A DNA stretch of 64,000 bases from a virus (IMGVR_UViG_3300006217_000002), one strand, 5' to 3'; numbered from the stretch's first letter, positions 1 to 10,560 are shown. Translations and numbers: made by a program. The notes: generated by a model from the letters alone, not told the origin.

Positions 1-1
1 A

Positions 2-106
2 AAGAAATTAAGAAAGTACGGCATTGATCCAACTGATGAAGACAAGAAAAATATCGATAGTTTGCTTTTAACATTATGGAATGATGAAATGACAGAAAAC
101 GATTAA
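2..106 (+). CDS. 3' end of a gene truncated by the window start (hypothetical)
   Basis: Open frame KKLRKYGIDPTDEDKKNIDSLLLTLWNDEMTEND ending TAA at 104-106, followed by a hairpin. Confidence 0.6.
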   Translation, partial: KKLRKYGIDPTDEDKKNIDSLLLTLWNDEMTEND

Positions 107-116
107 TAAAAAATGA

Positions 117-155
117 TATAGGAGGGATCAAAAAACTTCCTCCTATATTTTTTTT
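117..155 (+). terminator. Rho-independent terminator
   Basis: ATATAGGAGG...CCTCCTATAT stem followed by a T run. Confidence 0.8.
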
Positions 156-179
156 GTTTATTTTTACCATATTAGCAGA

Positions 180-191
180 AACAGAAGCTTA
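180..191 (+). promoter_or_regulatory. Putative late promoter, AACA-N6-TA
   Basis: AACAGAAGCTTA upstream of a head-gene operon; matches the AR9-type late consensus. Confidence 0.5.
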
Positions 192-239
192 ATAATGTAC
201 ATAACATAAAAAATATTTTATGAAAAGGAGAGAATAAAT

Positions 240-2021
240 ATGATTAACGTAGGTAATAGCGCTTTTCAGGAAAAGAGTATTATTGATGACTCTTTAAAAG
301 CAGCTGCTGATGTCGATGTTGCAGAGATCAAAAAGGTATGGAACGATTCCACTAAAGGTCTTGATGACAAGTTGAGAACAACTAATGATGAGGGCCTTAA
401 AAAAGTCGGAGACTCTTTAAAAGATATCGATGATAGAGTAGGTAAAGCTAATAGAATAGATAATCGTTCTATTATTGCTAGAGCGAAAAATTCTGTTCTT
501 CAGTTTCCTATTTATATTGCTCAAACTATAAGAGTCAATGAGGCACATATCATTGCTAAGATGTTTGAAAGAGTTTATACTACACTTGTACAAACTGTGT
601 TATCACAGAATCAGTACATCGATGAAGATGAAGCTAATAACCTTGTATTTCTTAAAAGGTTTCATAGTAACATCAAAGAAGCTGCTGATGTTTTAGTAGA
701 TGAATTCTATAACAAATATTTTGAAGCAATTGATGAGATTGATCAGATTATGTCTGATAGTATCTTCTTCTCTCAGAAGCTTACAGAAAATTGTACAGTA
801 GAATTCAGATGGACTCCATATAAGGATCAGAATCTTATTATGGAAAATGCTCGCTTAATTAATGAACCTTTATCAGGGTTTTTATACTTAAGAGAGGCAG
901 ATGAAAATTCTAACGAAGAAAAAATCAGAGAAGCCCAGCAGAAAGATGTTGCTGTATCTGAAAAAGAATTTGAAGAACTTGCTGCAGATAAAGCAAATCT
1001 TAGTCAGAATGAAATTGAATTAATTCGAAAATCTCCTGACGACATCCGTAAAGAGGTTGAACAGGAGTATGGCGGGAAATCTAGTAGCACAGATCCTGAT
1101 ACTATCGATGAGATCGTCAATGATAAGCTTGATAAGAGAAACGAACTAAAAGAAACATTGAATGAGAAAATTGATGATATCAAGAAACAAATAAAGGCAG
1201 GAAAATTTGAAGGATACTCTTTTAAGAATGGACGTTATGTAAGAGCTGAGAAAACTAACAAGACTACATATAGACCTAAACCTGAAAAAGATAAGAAAGC
1301 TGACCCTGTTAATTCTGCAGTAGATGCTCCTAAGATTCTCAAAGATAGTGATATCAAAAAGATTAATGGTCTTCTTCCTTATACTATCGAAGCTACATTC
1401 CGTATTAAAGGAAAGAATGGATCAATTGATCGTGATATTCGATACATCATTGGAATTAAATCTGTTCTTCATATGATTCGTACTCAGGATCTGGCTGAGG
1501 ATCTTAGAGATATTATCACTGGTAATGTTAAATCTCTTCAGAAGATCAGATATAAAACTGGTGAGATTAGCTTCATGGATTATATGTTTAACATCAAAGG
1601 TATTAAGGCTGATGCAGCTAAACATATCAATTACAACAAGAGATGGTTAAATACTCTTAAGAGATTAGGAGAGTATAAAAACATGCACGGTAGCCTGTTA
1701 AAGAAACCTATTAGTGCTATTACTGGAGGAAGTGTTCCTATTCCTAATGGTACTCTTATTCTTTCTCAGCCTGATGTAACTATGCTTATGAACCAGACTG
1801 GTATTGACCTATCTGTAGTTTCAAATGCAAAGAAACTTGCTAACAGATTATTCCTGATTGCAGTTGTTATTGTTGATTCATCTGCTGGAACCATGAGAGT
1901 TCTGTTTACAGATAGCGACAATGATTGGGATGTTCAGTCTCTTGCTTCCATTGATGCTGAATTATCTAAGACTGACAATAGTCAGATCATGCGTGAATTA
2001 AACCGTATGGTGAATAAATAA
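240..2021 (+). CDS. Putative virion (head) structural protein
   Basis: 593 aa, strong RBS (AAAGGAG), several hydrophobic-x-E|A motifs, same operon as the prohead protease. Confidence 0.55.
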   Translation: MINVGNSAFQEKSIIDDSLKAAADVDVAEIKKVWNDSTKGLDDKLRTTNDEGLKKVGDSLKDIDDRVGKANRIDNRSIIARAKNSVLQFPIYIAQTIRVNEAHIIAKMFERVYTTLVQTVLSQNQYIDEDEANNLVFLKRFHSNIKEAADVLVDEFYNKYFEAIDEIDQIMSDSIFFSQKLTENCTVEFRWTPYKDQNLIMENARLINEPLSGFLYLREADENSNEEKIREAQQKDVAVSEKEFEELAADKANLSQNEIELIRKSPDDIRKEVEQEYGGKSSSTDPDTIDEIVNDKLDKRNELKETLNEKIDDIKKQIKAGKFEGYSFKNGRYVRAEKTNKTTYRPKPEKDKKADPVNSAVDAPKILKDSDIKKINGLLPYTIEATFRIKGKNGSIDRDIRYIIGIKSVLHMIRTQDLAEDLRDIITGNVKSLQKIRYKTGEISFMDYMFNIKGIKADAAKHINYNKRWLNTLKRLGEYKNMHGSLLKKPISAITGGSVPIPNGTLILSQPDVTMLMNQTGIDLSVVSNAKKLANRLFLIAVVIVDSSAGTMRVLFTDSDNDWDVQSLASIDAELSKTDNSQIMRELNRMVNK

Positions 2022-2036
2022 AGGAGGATATAAGTA

Positions 2037-4064
2037 ATGGATGGATATACAATCTGTAATGATTATCTTGAAATTATTTGTGGTACTAAAAATACTATCA
2101 CCAAAGAGTACCGCGAAGCTGCAAAAAATGTAGAAGAAAATTCCATGAAAGGTCTTGGATACCTTAAGAACTTCATTACCAGTATTGAAAATCTTGCTGG
2201 TAAAGAGAATGTTAAAGATACCAGAATTAGTAGTACCAAAGGTAATATTCAGGATTTTCAGGGATATGAGAATATCAAGACCGCGATGAATTTTATTAAT
2301 AAAAATTTATCCGGTATTGATATCATGGGTAACATCAAAACTATCTATGATGCTCTCGAATCAAATAAGAGTCTATATATGGAAGGATACAATAAGAATG
2401 TTCGTTTAGTTATTCTCGAATATGAATCTTCCTTATATATGCTCGTAACTGGATTATCTATGGTTATGGCTAATAACATGGATGTGGTTCAGAATGGAAC
2501 TCAGATCAAGATCCAGAAAAAACATGGATCTACTTACGGAATTATTCCTAAAACTATCGTAGATCTTTCTAAGCAGCTTTCCAATAATAAACATAAAGAG
2601 TATCTTGAAGAGATGCTTAAATCAAGAGAGAATTCTTCTAAGATAGATACAGAGATGAAAGAGTCTACGTATTTCGAATCAACTGTATCTGACACGTTAG
2701 ATCTCGTGGATTCCATCTTCAAGAACGTTGGTCGTATTGGTCATTATACCAAGAGGCTTGTAACAAGTGTGAAGAACTCTTTGTTTGGAATTGTTCCACT
2801 TATTCGTTCTATTTTATATCTTAGATATAAAAGAAAGGCTGATACAATTCTTGCTCTTGATCAGAGAGTAAATGATATTGAAAAGAATATCGAGCAGCTT
2901 AGAAATATTAAAACAATTGATCCTGCTAAGAAAGAAGAGATTATTAAAAAACAGAAAGCTGTCTGTGAAGCTTATCGTAAGAAATCAGAGAAACTCCGTG
3001 CAGAACTTACAGAAGGAGAAAAGGATGCAGCAGTTGCAATTAAGAAAGAAGATCCTCAGATCAAGAATACTGATGATGACTTTATACTTGAAGGGGTAAG
3101 AGTACAGGATTTTTTTGAGTCAACCTCCAGAGCTTTAAATCTTAAAAGATATTCAAAGATTTTGAACCGTAAAGGAAATGTTAAAGGTAAGGGTCCTGGA
3201 GGTAGATACGGATCTGTCACACGTAACTCTGTCTGGAAAACTGTTGAAATTCCTAAAGATGTTGATATTGAAAAGGCTATCAAAAATACAACTGATGAAT
3301 TTTGTAAGATTACTGGTAAAGATAGTATTCGTTTGGAATTAGGAGCTAATGTTCCAAATGATTCCATCAATGAAAGAACTATTTCAAAAATTGGTGGAAC
3401 TCCTTACTGGCCTAAGAATCAAAAGTATCCTACAGGTATAAAAGGAGAGCCTATGATTATGATAGCTCAGATTAATTTTTCTGAGCTACCACATCTTGAT
3501 GGTTATCCTACTAAGGGTTTACTTCAGTTTTTTGTAAACGATGCTGAATATACAGATATGGGAGACGATAAGATCAAAGTTATCTATCATGAAAGATATG
3601 CTACAGAGGAATACGATATGCTTGATAAAATTCCTCGTACTACTTTTTTCGAAGATAAGAACTATGATTTCCCATTCACAGGTATGTTTAAAATCATTAA
3701 AGGAGTATTAGAAAAGCAGTATCTTCATTATGGATGCGAAGAATTCAATGATATCATTAATCCAATCATTGAGAAACATTTCAATGTTAAGATTAAATGT
3801 ATATGGGATCTTCCTAAAGATATTTATGATAAAATACTTAAGAAGATTGAAGAAAATTCTTGGGGAACTCGTATTGGAGGTCAGCCTAACTTTACTCAAT
3901 GGGATCCTAGACAGGATGGTAAGTATCAAACCCTTTTATTCCAGCTTGATTCTGAAAAAGGTATTATGTGGGGAGATGTTGGAATCGCCAACTGGTTTAT
4001 TGATGAGAAAAACTTAAGAGCTAAGAATTTCAATAAAGTATTTTTCACTTGGGATTGTTACTAA
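2037..4064 (+). CDS. Putative head protein fused to a C-terminal YwqG/DUF1963 domain
   Basis: C-terminal SKIGGTPYWP..PMIMIAQINFSELP..YPTKGLLQFF..RIGGQPNFTQWDPR..LLFQLDS..MWGDVGIANWFI..FTWDC is the YwqG signature; N-terminal part is helical with YFE|S and FFE|S motifs. Confidence 0.75.
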   Translation: MDGYTICNDYLEIICGTKNTITKEYREAAKNVEENSMKGLGYLKNFITSIENLAGKENVKDTRISSTKGNIQDFQGYENIKTAMNFINKNLSGIDIMGNIKTIYDALESNKSLYMEGYNKNVRLVILEYESSLYMLVTGLSMVMANNMDVVQNGTQIKIQKKHGSTYGIIPKTIVDLSKQLSNNKHKEYLEEMLKSRENSSKIDTEMKESTYFESTVSDTLDLVDSIFKNVGRIGHYTKRLVTSVKNSLFGIVPLIRSILYLRYKRKADTILALDQRVNDIEKNIEQLRNIKTIDPAKKEEIIKKQKAVCEAYRKKSEKLRAELTEGEKDAAVAIKKEDPQIKNTDDDFILEGVRVQDFFESTSRALNLKRYSKILNRKGNVKGKGPGGRYGSVTRNSVWKTVEIPKDVDIEKAIKNTTDEFCKITGKDSIRLELGANVPNDSINERTISKIGGTPYWPKNQKYPTGIKGEPMIMIAQINFSELPHLDGYPTKGLLQFFVNDAEYTDMGDDKIKVIYHERYATEEYDMLDKIPRTTFFEDKNYDFPFTGMFKIIKGVLEKQYLHYGCEEFNDIINPIIEKHFNVKIKCIWDLPKDIYDKILKKIEENSWGTRIGGQPNFTQWDPRQDGKYQTLLFQLDSEKGIMWGDVGIANWFIDEKNLRAKNFNKVFFTWDCY

Positions 4065-4096
4065 AAATGAGATAAAATAAAAAAGGAGGTGAGAAT

Positions 4097-4957
4097 ATGC
4101 CATGTGAAGCACTTGATACATTGTGTTATATTCAGGAACAAACTTCCTATATGGAAGACTATGGAAACGATTTTGGATACGAGGTCCATGATAAAGGGAA
4201 TAGATTTTATGTAACATTCAATGCAGTTCTGCAATCATTTGGACGCAAGAATCGTAATGGACGTGAATATGATGCTGAAAATATTATGAACAAAATAAAC
4301 ACAGATGACTATATTCAATCCATGCTTCGTCAGAATAGTTGGATGGGAGAGATTGATCACCCTGCACCTGAAAAAGAAGGCGAAGAGCTTACAATGCAAA
4401 GAATTGCTAATCCTAATATGAAATTGACTTCTCACTATATTAGGAGACCAACTCTGAATGGTACATTGCTTGAGGCTGGAATTCAAACAGACTCATCTAA
4501 CAAACATGGAATGAATATGGCAATTAAAATTGTTGATGGTAAGATCATTCCATGCTTCAGTGCCAGAGTTCTTGGAGCTTTACAGAACAGGAATGGTAGA
4601 GCTGTTGTATTTGTTCGTAAACTTATCACCTATGATTGGGTACTATATCCTTCTCATCCTGAAGCAATGGCTAAAATTAATCAACCTATTCAGGAGTCTG
4701 TAGATATGTTTACTAAACATACTGGATGTAAGATTATTCAATTCCCTGAATTAGCAAGGATGGCTGCAAATTCATCAAAGGAAACTGAATGGTTGTGCGA
4801 ATCATTTGGATTGACTATTGATGCTGTAACAGGATTAACTGAAACAGGATCAGGAATTGTAATTCAGGAAAGCAACAATGTTTACGTTCAGCCCATTACA
4901 GATAAAAGCATTCGTAAGAGAACTCAGTCTATGTTAACTGACTGGCTTAATAGCTAA
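4097..4957 (+). CDS. Prohead core protease (T4 gp21-like)
   Basis: QSF..NRNGREY, GEIDHP (catalytic His), FSARVLG (catalytic Ser), TYDWVLYPSHPEA. Confidence 0.88.
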   Translation: MPCEALDTLCYIQEQTSYMEDYGNDFGYEVHDKGNRFYVTFNAVLQSFGRKNRNGREYDAENIMNKINTDDYIQSMLRQNSWMGEIDHPAPEKEGEELTMQRIANPNMKLTSHYIRRPTLNGTLLEAGIQTDSSNKHGMNMAIKIVDGKIIPCFSARVLGALQNRNGRAVVFVRKLITYDWVLYPSHPEAMAKINQPIQESVDMFTKHTGCKIIQFPELARMAANSSKETEWLCESFGLTIDAVTGLTETGSGIVIQESNNVYVQPITDKSIRKRTQSMLTDWLNS

Positions 4958-4963
4958 AATATA

Positions 4964-4999
4964 ATAATGATAGACGGGGAATTCCCCGTCTATCATTAT
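4964..4999. terminator. Perfect 36-bp palindrome, terminator-like
   Basis: ATAATGATAGACGGGGAA|TTCCCCGTCTATCATTAT just after the protease stop. Confidence 0.8.
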
Positions 5000-5010
5000 G
5001 CTTTCATTTA

Positions 5011-5018
5011 TATATTAT
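5011..5018 (+). promoter_or_regulatory. Putative early promoter motif TATATTAT
   Basis: Motif recurs upstream of non-structural genes (5813, 10567, 30238, 36240 minus, 41361). Confidence 0.5.
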
Positions 5019-5042
5019 AAAAATATAGAAAGGGGTGAAAAT

Positions 5043-5222
5043 ATGAATAAACCTAAGGACTTGGAAGAAGTAAGAGAAGCTGTACAGAATTTCCTAAAAG
5101 AAAAATATGGAGATGCTGTATTAACTAAATCGGGAGGGGGTAGTAAAGAAGTTGTGATATTAACTGAAACACCATTTGCAGGTAATAATGATGTATGGAT
5201 TAACTTTAATTATTTTCACTAA
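5043..5222 (+). CDS. Small hypothetical protein
   Basis: RBS AGGGGTG before ATG 5043; the longer ORF-track start overlaps the hairpin. Confidence 0.6.
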   Translation: MNKPKDLEEVREAVQNFLKEKYGDAVLTKSGGGSKEVVILTETPFAGNNDVWINFNYFH

Positions 5223-5236
5223 GAAGGGAGAATGGA

Positions 5237-5788
5237 ATGACAAACGATGCTTTACTTAACGGAAAAGTTGTAACATTATCTGATGCTGAAAGAGAAGCAG
5301 GTGAAAAGTTTCATCTTGAGAGAATTAAATTCGCTTGGATCAATGGAAAGCTTACATTCGGAGATGCTCCTGGTGACGATAGAGATCACCAACATTGGAT
5401 GTTAGAAGATTATGGTATTTCGCCGGAAGAATTTGAAACAATCAACAGAGGTTATATGCTTCCTTGCAGGATTCAATTATTTAAAGGAAGTGATTTCAGA
5501 AAGGTTGATATGAAAGAGATCAATGCAGAAGATTTAAATACTTTAGTAGAATATCAATTCTTGAAGTATGAATCTGCATCAGCTGTTGTATATAATGGAG
5601 TTATAATTAAAGAAGTAGGAGCAGTGTGGCCGCCAATAGATACAGTTTTCACCATTATGGTTAAATCATCATTATTTGATTTAAAATTTAAAGATGAATT
5701 TAAATTTAAGGAAATGATCATGGCTAAGACAAAGAAAACATATACTGAATGTGTGCCTTTGAAGGAAGAGGTTATAAAACCAACGTAA
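5237..5788 (+). CDS. Hypothetical protein
   Basis: 183-aa ORF with RBS AGGGAG. Confidence 0.7.
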   Translation: MTNDALLNGKVVTLSDAEREAGEKFHLERIKFAWINGKLTFGDAPGDDRDHQHWMLEDYGISPEEFETINRGYMLPCRIQLFKGSDFRKVDMKEINAEDLNTLVEYQFLKYESASAVVYNGVIIKEVGAVWPPIDTVFTIMVKSSLFDLKFKDEFKFKEMIMAKTKKTYTECVPLKEEVIKPT

Positions 5789-5853
5789 TCGTATATCCAC
5801 TACTATTATGTGTATATTATACACATAATAGAAAAGAAAGGAAGGTATTTCAT

Positions 5854-6375
5854 ATGCGTGTTTATACGTTGCGTAACACTATCTTTGGGAATGGCGATGT
5901 CCTTAATGGGAAGCTTCTGGCTGTTCGTCATAATAAAGAAAAGACTGGTCACTTGATGTTCATCGATATTACTTCTAAGACTGTGATCTGGGAAACGACA
6001 TCAATGGTTGAATCAATCGAAACAAAGGACGGGATTATCTTTAAGACAGCCAGTGGTTCTTCTTATGACTTCATTGATGTTGTAACTTTGGTACCTACAT
6101 ACAACCCTCCTACTGTTGTAGAGATGCCTGTAGTTATCGATTTCACTGTCGTATCTAAGAATCATGATTACCGGCCAATTCATTATGGAGATGGATATGA
6201 TCTTGATGAGTATGAATTCAGTCGTGAGATTACTGAAAAAGAATTCCTTGCATTTCTGAAGGAAGAAAAACTGTGTACAAGAACTACTCAGGAATATCCT
6301 TATCAGGATTATGCTAAGATTTCTGGTTCTGGTAAGAAATGGACTTACAAATGGATTCGTTGTTATACCGATTAA
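5854..6375 (+). CDS. Hypothetical protein
   Basis: RBS AAGGAAGG before ATG 5854; TATATTAT at 5813. Confidence 0.7.
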   Translation: MRVYTLRNTIFGNGDVLNGKLLAVRHNKEKTGHLMFIDITSKTVIWETTSMVESIETKDGIIFKTASGSSYDFIDVVTLVPTYNPPTVVEMPVVIDFTVVSKNHDYRPIHYGDGYDLDEYEFSREITEKEFLAFLKEEKLCTRTTQEYPYQDYAKISGSGKKWTYKWIRCYTD

Positions 6376-6395
6376 AAACTGAGAGGAGAAATAAT

Positions 6396-6779
6396 ATGAA
6401 AATGAAAAATGCTAAAACCAAACGTTTCTTTGTTACGACTATCTGTATGCTGATGCTAATAGCAATCGTATGCGCTGTCAACATTCCGTTCTCATTCAAT
6501 GATACAGATTATATTGTAACTGTTACTGATAAAGATAGGATAGTTGAAAAATCAAAAAACAAATCTCCATCTAAATATATGGTATTTGCTGACGATGAAG
6601 ATGGCAACGCGCTTGTATTTGAAAACACTGATTGCTTCATCAGATTAAAATTCAACAGTTCTAATATACAGAGTCAGTTAAAAGAAGGGAATACATATAA
6701 GATCACTGTCGTTGGTTACAGAGTGCCATTCTTAAGCTGGTATCAGAATATCATTAAGGTTGAAGAAATGAAAGAATGA
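6396..6779 (+). CDS. Membrane-anchored/secreted protein, DUF1523-like
   Basis: N-terminal hydrophobic helix, then TVTDKDR..VFENTD..KFNSSNIQSQLKEG..VGYRVPFLSWYQNII. Confidence 0.6.
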   Translation: MKMKNAKTKRFFVTTICMLMLIAIVCAVNIPFSFNDTDYIVTVTDKDRIVEKSKNKSPSKYMVFADDEDGNALVFENTDCFIRLKFNSSNIQSQLKEGNTYKITVVGYRVPFLSWYQNIIKVEEMKE

Positions 6780-6795
6780 TAATAAAAATAATATT

Positions 6796-6835
6796 AATAA
6801 ATGGACGGGATCATATCCCGTCCATTTATTTTTTA
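6796..6835. terminator. Bidirectional terminator between convergent genes
   Basis: AATAAATGGACGGGAT-CAT-ATCCCGTCCATTTATT plus T run. Confidence 0.85.
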
Positions 6836-6871
6836 CAATAATTCATCTCTTTAAACTCATATTATTCTCTT

Positions 6872-7084
6872 TTAAATATCATACCCTCCATAAGGGATAC
6901 CTGTCATCTTTTCAAATTCATCTGCAGTTATCTTCCCTTGTACCTTATATTCGATAAGGAAATTTACTCTCTCGATCGGTCTATACAATTCCTGAATTTT
7001 TTCCAAAGCTTTTTTCTCATCATTAGTGAGATTATCTCTATCACTAAAGTCTACATAATATTGACTCTTATCATACTGCACCAT
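6872..7084 (-). CDS. Small hypothetical protein
   Basis: 70 aa, RBS AGGAGGA. Confidence 0.7.
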   Translation of the reverse strand: MVQYDKSQYYVDFSDRDNLTNDEKKALEKIQELYRPIERVNFLIEYKVQGKITADEFEKMTGIPYGGYDI

Positions 7085-7102
7085 AGTTAGCTATCCTCCT
7101 TA

Positions 7103-7849
7103 TTAACTTGCTTTAATTAGTTCCATAAATTCTGTGTAGTCTTTGTTTACGATTTTAATATAATCAACAAGATTAGAGCATGACTTCATTAATTCATCTT
7201 TAATCTTATCTTTTTCTCTACTATCCTGATTAATATTTTTTGCACTTCCATCATCTTTAATCTCTATTTCTAAGTTTAAACTAGGAATAAAAAAGTCAGG
7301 CATATAGAAATGAGATTTACCCTGGTATTCATACATGTATGTATGAGGAGATGGGGCCATTATATCTGAAGCAGGCCAGTGAAGTTCTGTATCAAGATAT
7401 TTTAAAAAATGTAGTTCATAACTTGATAGATATGAAAATTTACTTTTTCCATCGCTCCAGTTATATATACCTGCTATACGTCTACCTTGTTGCATTTTCT
7501 TTTGCATTTCAGGATCATCTAACAAGTATACTTTACCATGTTTACAAATCATTCTTCGATCTCTTTGTTGTTTATATTTATATTTACACGCCGGATTATC
7601 ACAGAATCTTGAATACTTCATAGTCAACTCGTTGAATTCTGTTTCATTGTGACACATTACACAACTACCTTTATCTTTCTTTGTAAGTAGATAATAAAAC
7701 CATTGATAACCAGTCATATCTCCAGGTATTAAATTTTTATGTTTAGTTTGATAATGCTCTCCCATTTTATGTTTTGCACTATGTATTCCTTTTTTATTTT
7801 TATCTTCAGCAACGCTATAATTGCAATGTTGACATCTGTAAATTTTCAT
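7103..7849 (-). CDS. Zn-finger plus TnsA-like PD-(D/E)xK endonuclease (possibly a head-completion nuclease)
   Basis: CQHC..H..H, CVMC, FCDNPAC; SSYELHF..HFYMPDFFIPSLNLEIEIK. Confidence 0.7.
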   Translation of the reverse strand: MKIYRCQHCNYSVAEDKNKKGIHSAKHKMGEHYQTKHKNLIPGDMTGYQWFYYLLTKKDKGSCVMCHNETEFNELTMKYSRFCDNPACKYKYKQQRDRRMICKHGKVYLLDDPEMQKKMQQGRRIAGIYNWSDGKSKFSYLSSYELHFLKYLDTELHWPASDIMAPSPHTYMYEYQGKSHFYMPDFFIPSLNLEIEIKDDGSAKNINQDSREKDKIKDELMKSCSNLVDYIKIVNKDYTEFMELIKAS

Positions 7850-7971
7850 AGTTTTAAACCACCCCTTTAATGTAGTATTTTATATCGGTATTGGTCATAA
7901 GATTTATAATACATGTATTATAGACCAGAATGTAATTATATTACCTAATTTATAGCAAAGGAGACATTGAT

Positions 7972-10515
7972 ATGAATGAAAAGAAATTTGACATCTTAAC
8001 AGACGTCGATATCACAAATCGCATTCACGAAATGGTACGTGAAGGATCAAAGTTAAAAAATGAAATATTCAAGTCTGTAATCATGATGAAAGATCTTGAT
8101 AAAAAAGTTATTCAGCTTTATCTTGGTTATGTTAATAGCTTTTTAAAATATTGGGATGAATATTCATCAACATTACAGGAAGAAATGAAAACATCTAACG
8201 GAGTAGAAGGAGTTAGAAGTATTTCATATGAAAGAGTCAGAGACTATGTATATGCCAAAAATGACTATGCTTCAGTGCTAGAGTTTGTTGACGGCTTGAT
8301 TAAACTTGTGGAAAGTGGTAAGTGCGAATCAATTGAAGATATTGAAGACTTCATGGATCATACATTATCGAAAGCATTTCCTTCAAGAGAAGCAGAAGTT
8401 GGAGGTCTTCTTGATAATGTACTGAATACTGGTAAAGATGGATTTATGGTTATAACTGATAAATCAGCAGCGTCTAAATATAATACCACTAAGTCTTACA
8501 ATATCTTTGACAGAAGAGAAAGAAGTGTATTATATAAAGCCGTTGAAAAGACTATTGATTTCATGACATATGATATCAATAAACATCGTTACCCTCTATC
8601 TAAAGATATGAAGGTATTTGTATCTATTGTAAATAATGTTGTCGAATATATTAATTATTCTCTGGCAGCATATGCTACAAGAATCTATATGGTTGCTAAA
8701 TATGCATATCCATTCATATTTGCAAATGTTAAAAATGATAATGCCATTGAAGCGAGATATGAATCTGCAATCAATAAAGATACAGATCAGAGCAATACAG
8801 AAACTACAATTTCTATATTTAGTACTCTTGATGAAACTGTAAGTAGAGATTTTACAAAGTTCAAAGAGTTCGAAGATGCATTTGATACATTTTTAAAAGC
8901 TATTGGGATTGAGAATTTGTATAACTCCAATGATGATAGATGTAAATATAGAAGATTGGAAGATAAAGCTATGCAATCTAATGTATTTGCATCTCAACTC
9001 ATCGGCAATGAATTGTATGAATTCTTTATCAAGATGCGTCATTATGATTACTTTGACGGAGTATATCAGTCAAGAGCTGCTGAAATGAATATGATTCTAA
9101 AGAGTTTGATATACAACAACGTACAAGCAATTCAAGGAACTTCAACAAACAAACAGAGTATACTTTATGTTATAAGAGATACAGTTCCGAAACAGGAAAC
9201 TCTTGAAAGTTATAAGGAAACAATTAGAGATTTTGCTGTATTCTCTATAAATCTTTTATATACAATAAAGGATACTGTTGAGAGATTTATTGGAACTAGA
9301 TCTGAAGAAAAAGATTATCCAAGATACAATGTAACTACTTCCAATATTATTTCAGAGAATCTCAAGATTGTTGGCGATTTCTATAGAGATATAGCAACGG
9401 CTTTATTATTCAGAGCTAGAGACTTTGAAATGAAGATCAACGAATTGAGAAATGCTGAGATTGAGAAGACTTTCTCTTCCCTTCAGATTAAGGTACTCGG
9501 GGGAGATAAATCAGATTTAAGTCCAAATGATAACAATATGTCTTCTGTTCCTGATACAACAAGAATGCCTACTGAGTTAATGGATATTTATTCATCGCCT
9601 ACATTCGAATATCTTCAGATGTTAGATGAATATACTATGTATGAGTATGGACTTGAAAATGACCCATACTATGCAGTAGGTTATTATTCAGAAGCATTAT
9701 CTATCTCTCAGATATTCAATACAATAATTTCAACGTTAACTGCCGTTAAGAAGAAATTTGATGTATTTTTTAATAACCAAAGTTTTACTCGTGCGTATAA
9801 CTGGGTTAAAGAGCATCAAAATACTCTTAGTCAAATGCAGTTCAATGGAGCTATGAGTGTTCTTCCATATGCAAAAGATATCAACATTAAACACATTGAT
9901 ACCATCATTAGTTGTATAAATGCATTTAATGAGAAAGACGTTGAAACACCAGAAGCAATGAATAATTTCATCAAAAAATTATATACGATAGATAACAAAT
10001 CCATTCAGGATTTGTTTGATTCTGAAAAGGTAGATGAAAAGACAGCGGGTGTACTGTATACAAACTTTGTATTATTTGATAAGGATCCTCTTGATAAGAG
10101 TAATACTACTGTCAATCCTATAACACTTGATACAAGTGATAAGATCAAAGAGCAGCTTGTTAATTGGATTGATAATGTAGCAAATGCTGATGCTACTCAT
10201 AAAGGATTACTTGATACAAGTAAACGTATTGAACAGGCTACGAATTCTTTAAAAACTAAAGTAGTCAATATCCAAAATAATCTTGGTAAGAATAGTACTC
10301 AACAGGCTCCACCTCTTAATGGATCTGAATCAGAGAAGCAGGATAATAACAAAGTTAATATCGGTGACGATAAACAATCATCGCTTGACAAACTTTTATT
10401 ACAAATCTCAGTTGCTACAAACAAGATGTGGGATGGATTATATTATCCGATAACAAAAGCTCTGAAAGATCAGTATCAGTATATCAAAGAGGCATATTCT
10501 CTTGGTCGTAAATAA
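7972..10515 (+). CDS. Large putative head-internal protein
   Basis: 847 aa, helical; RYE|SA and YYSE|ALSISQIFNTII propeptide plus amphipathic helix pattern. Confidence 0.5.
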   Translation: MNEKKFDILTDVDITNRIHEMVREGSKLKNEIFKSVIMMKDLDKKVIQLYLGYVNSFLKYWDEYSSTLQEEMKTSNGVEGVRSISYERVRDYVYAKNDYASVLEFVDGLIKLVESGKCESIEDIEDFMDHTLSKAFPSREAEVGGLLDNVLNTGKDGFMVITDKSAASKYNTTKSYNIFDRRERSVLYKAVEKTIDFMTYDINKHRYPLSKDMKVFVSIVNNVVEYINYSLAAYATRIYMVAKYAYPFIFANVKNDNAIEARYESAINKDTDQSNTETTISIFSTLDETVSRDFTKFKEFEDAFDTFLKAIGIENLYNSNDDRCKYRRLEDKAMQSNVFASQLIGNELYEFFIKMRHYDYFDGVYQSRAAEMNMILKSLIYNNVQAIQGTSTNKQSILYVIRDTVPKQETLESYKETIRDFAVFSINLLYTIKDTVERFIGTRSEEKDYPRYNVTTSNIISENLKIVGDFYRDIATALLFRARDFEMKINELRNAEIEKTFSSLQIKVLGGDKSDLSPNDNNMSSVPDTTRMPTELMDIYSSPTFEYLQMLDEYTMYEYGLENDPYYAVGYYSEALSISQIFNTIISTLTAVKKKFDVFFNNQSFTRAYNWVKEHQNTLSQMQFNGAMSVLPYAKDINIKHIDTIISCINAFNEKDVETPEAMNNFIKKLYTIDNKSIQDLFDSEKVDEKTAGVLYTNFVLFDKDPLDKSNTTVNPITLDTSDKIKEQLVNWIDNVANADATHKGLLDTSKRIEQATNSLKTKVVNIQNNLGKNSTQQAPPLNGSESEKQDNNKVNIGDDKQSSLDKLLLQISVATNKMWDGLYYPITKALKDQYQYIKEAYSLGRK

Positions 10516-10521
10516 CATTCG

Positions 10522-10560
10522 ATAAATAGAGGTGGGAATGATCCCACCTCTATTTATTTT
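10522..10560 (+). terminator. Rho-independent terminator
   Basis: ATAAATAGAGGTGGGA-ATGA-TCCCACCTCTATTTAT. Confidence 0.85.
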
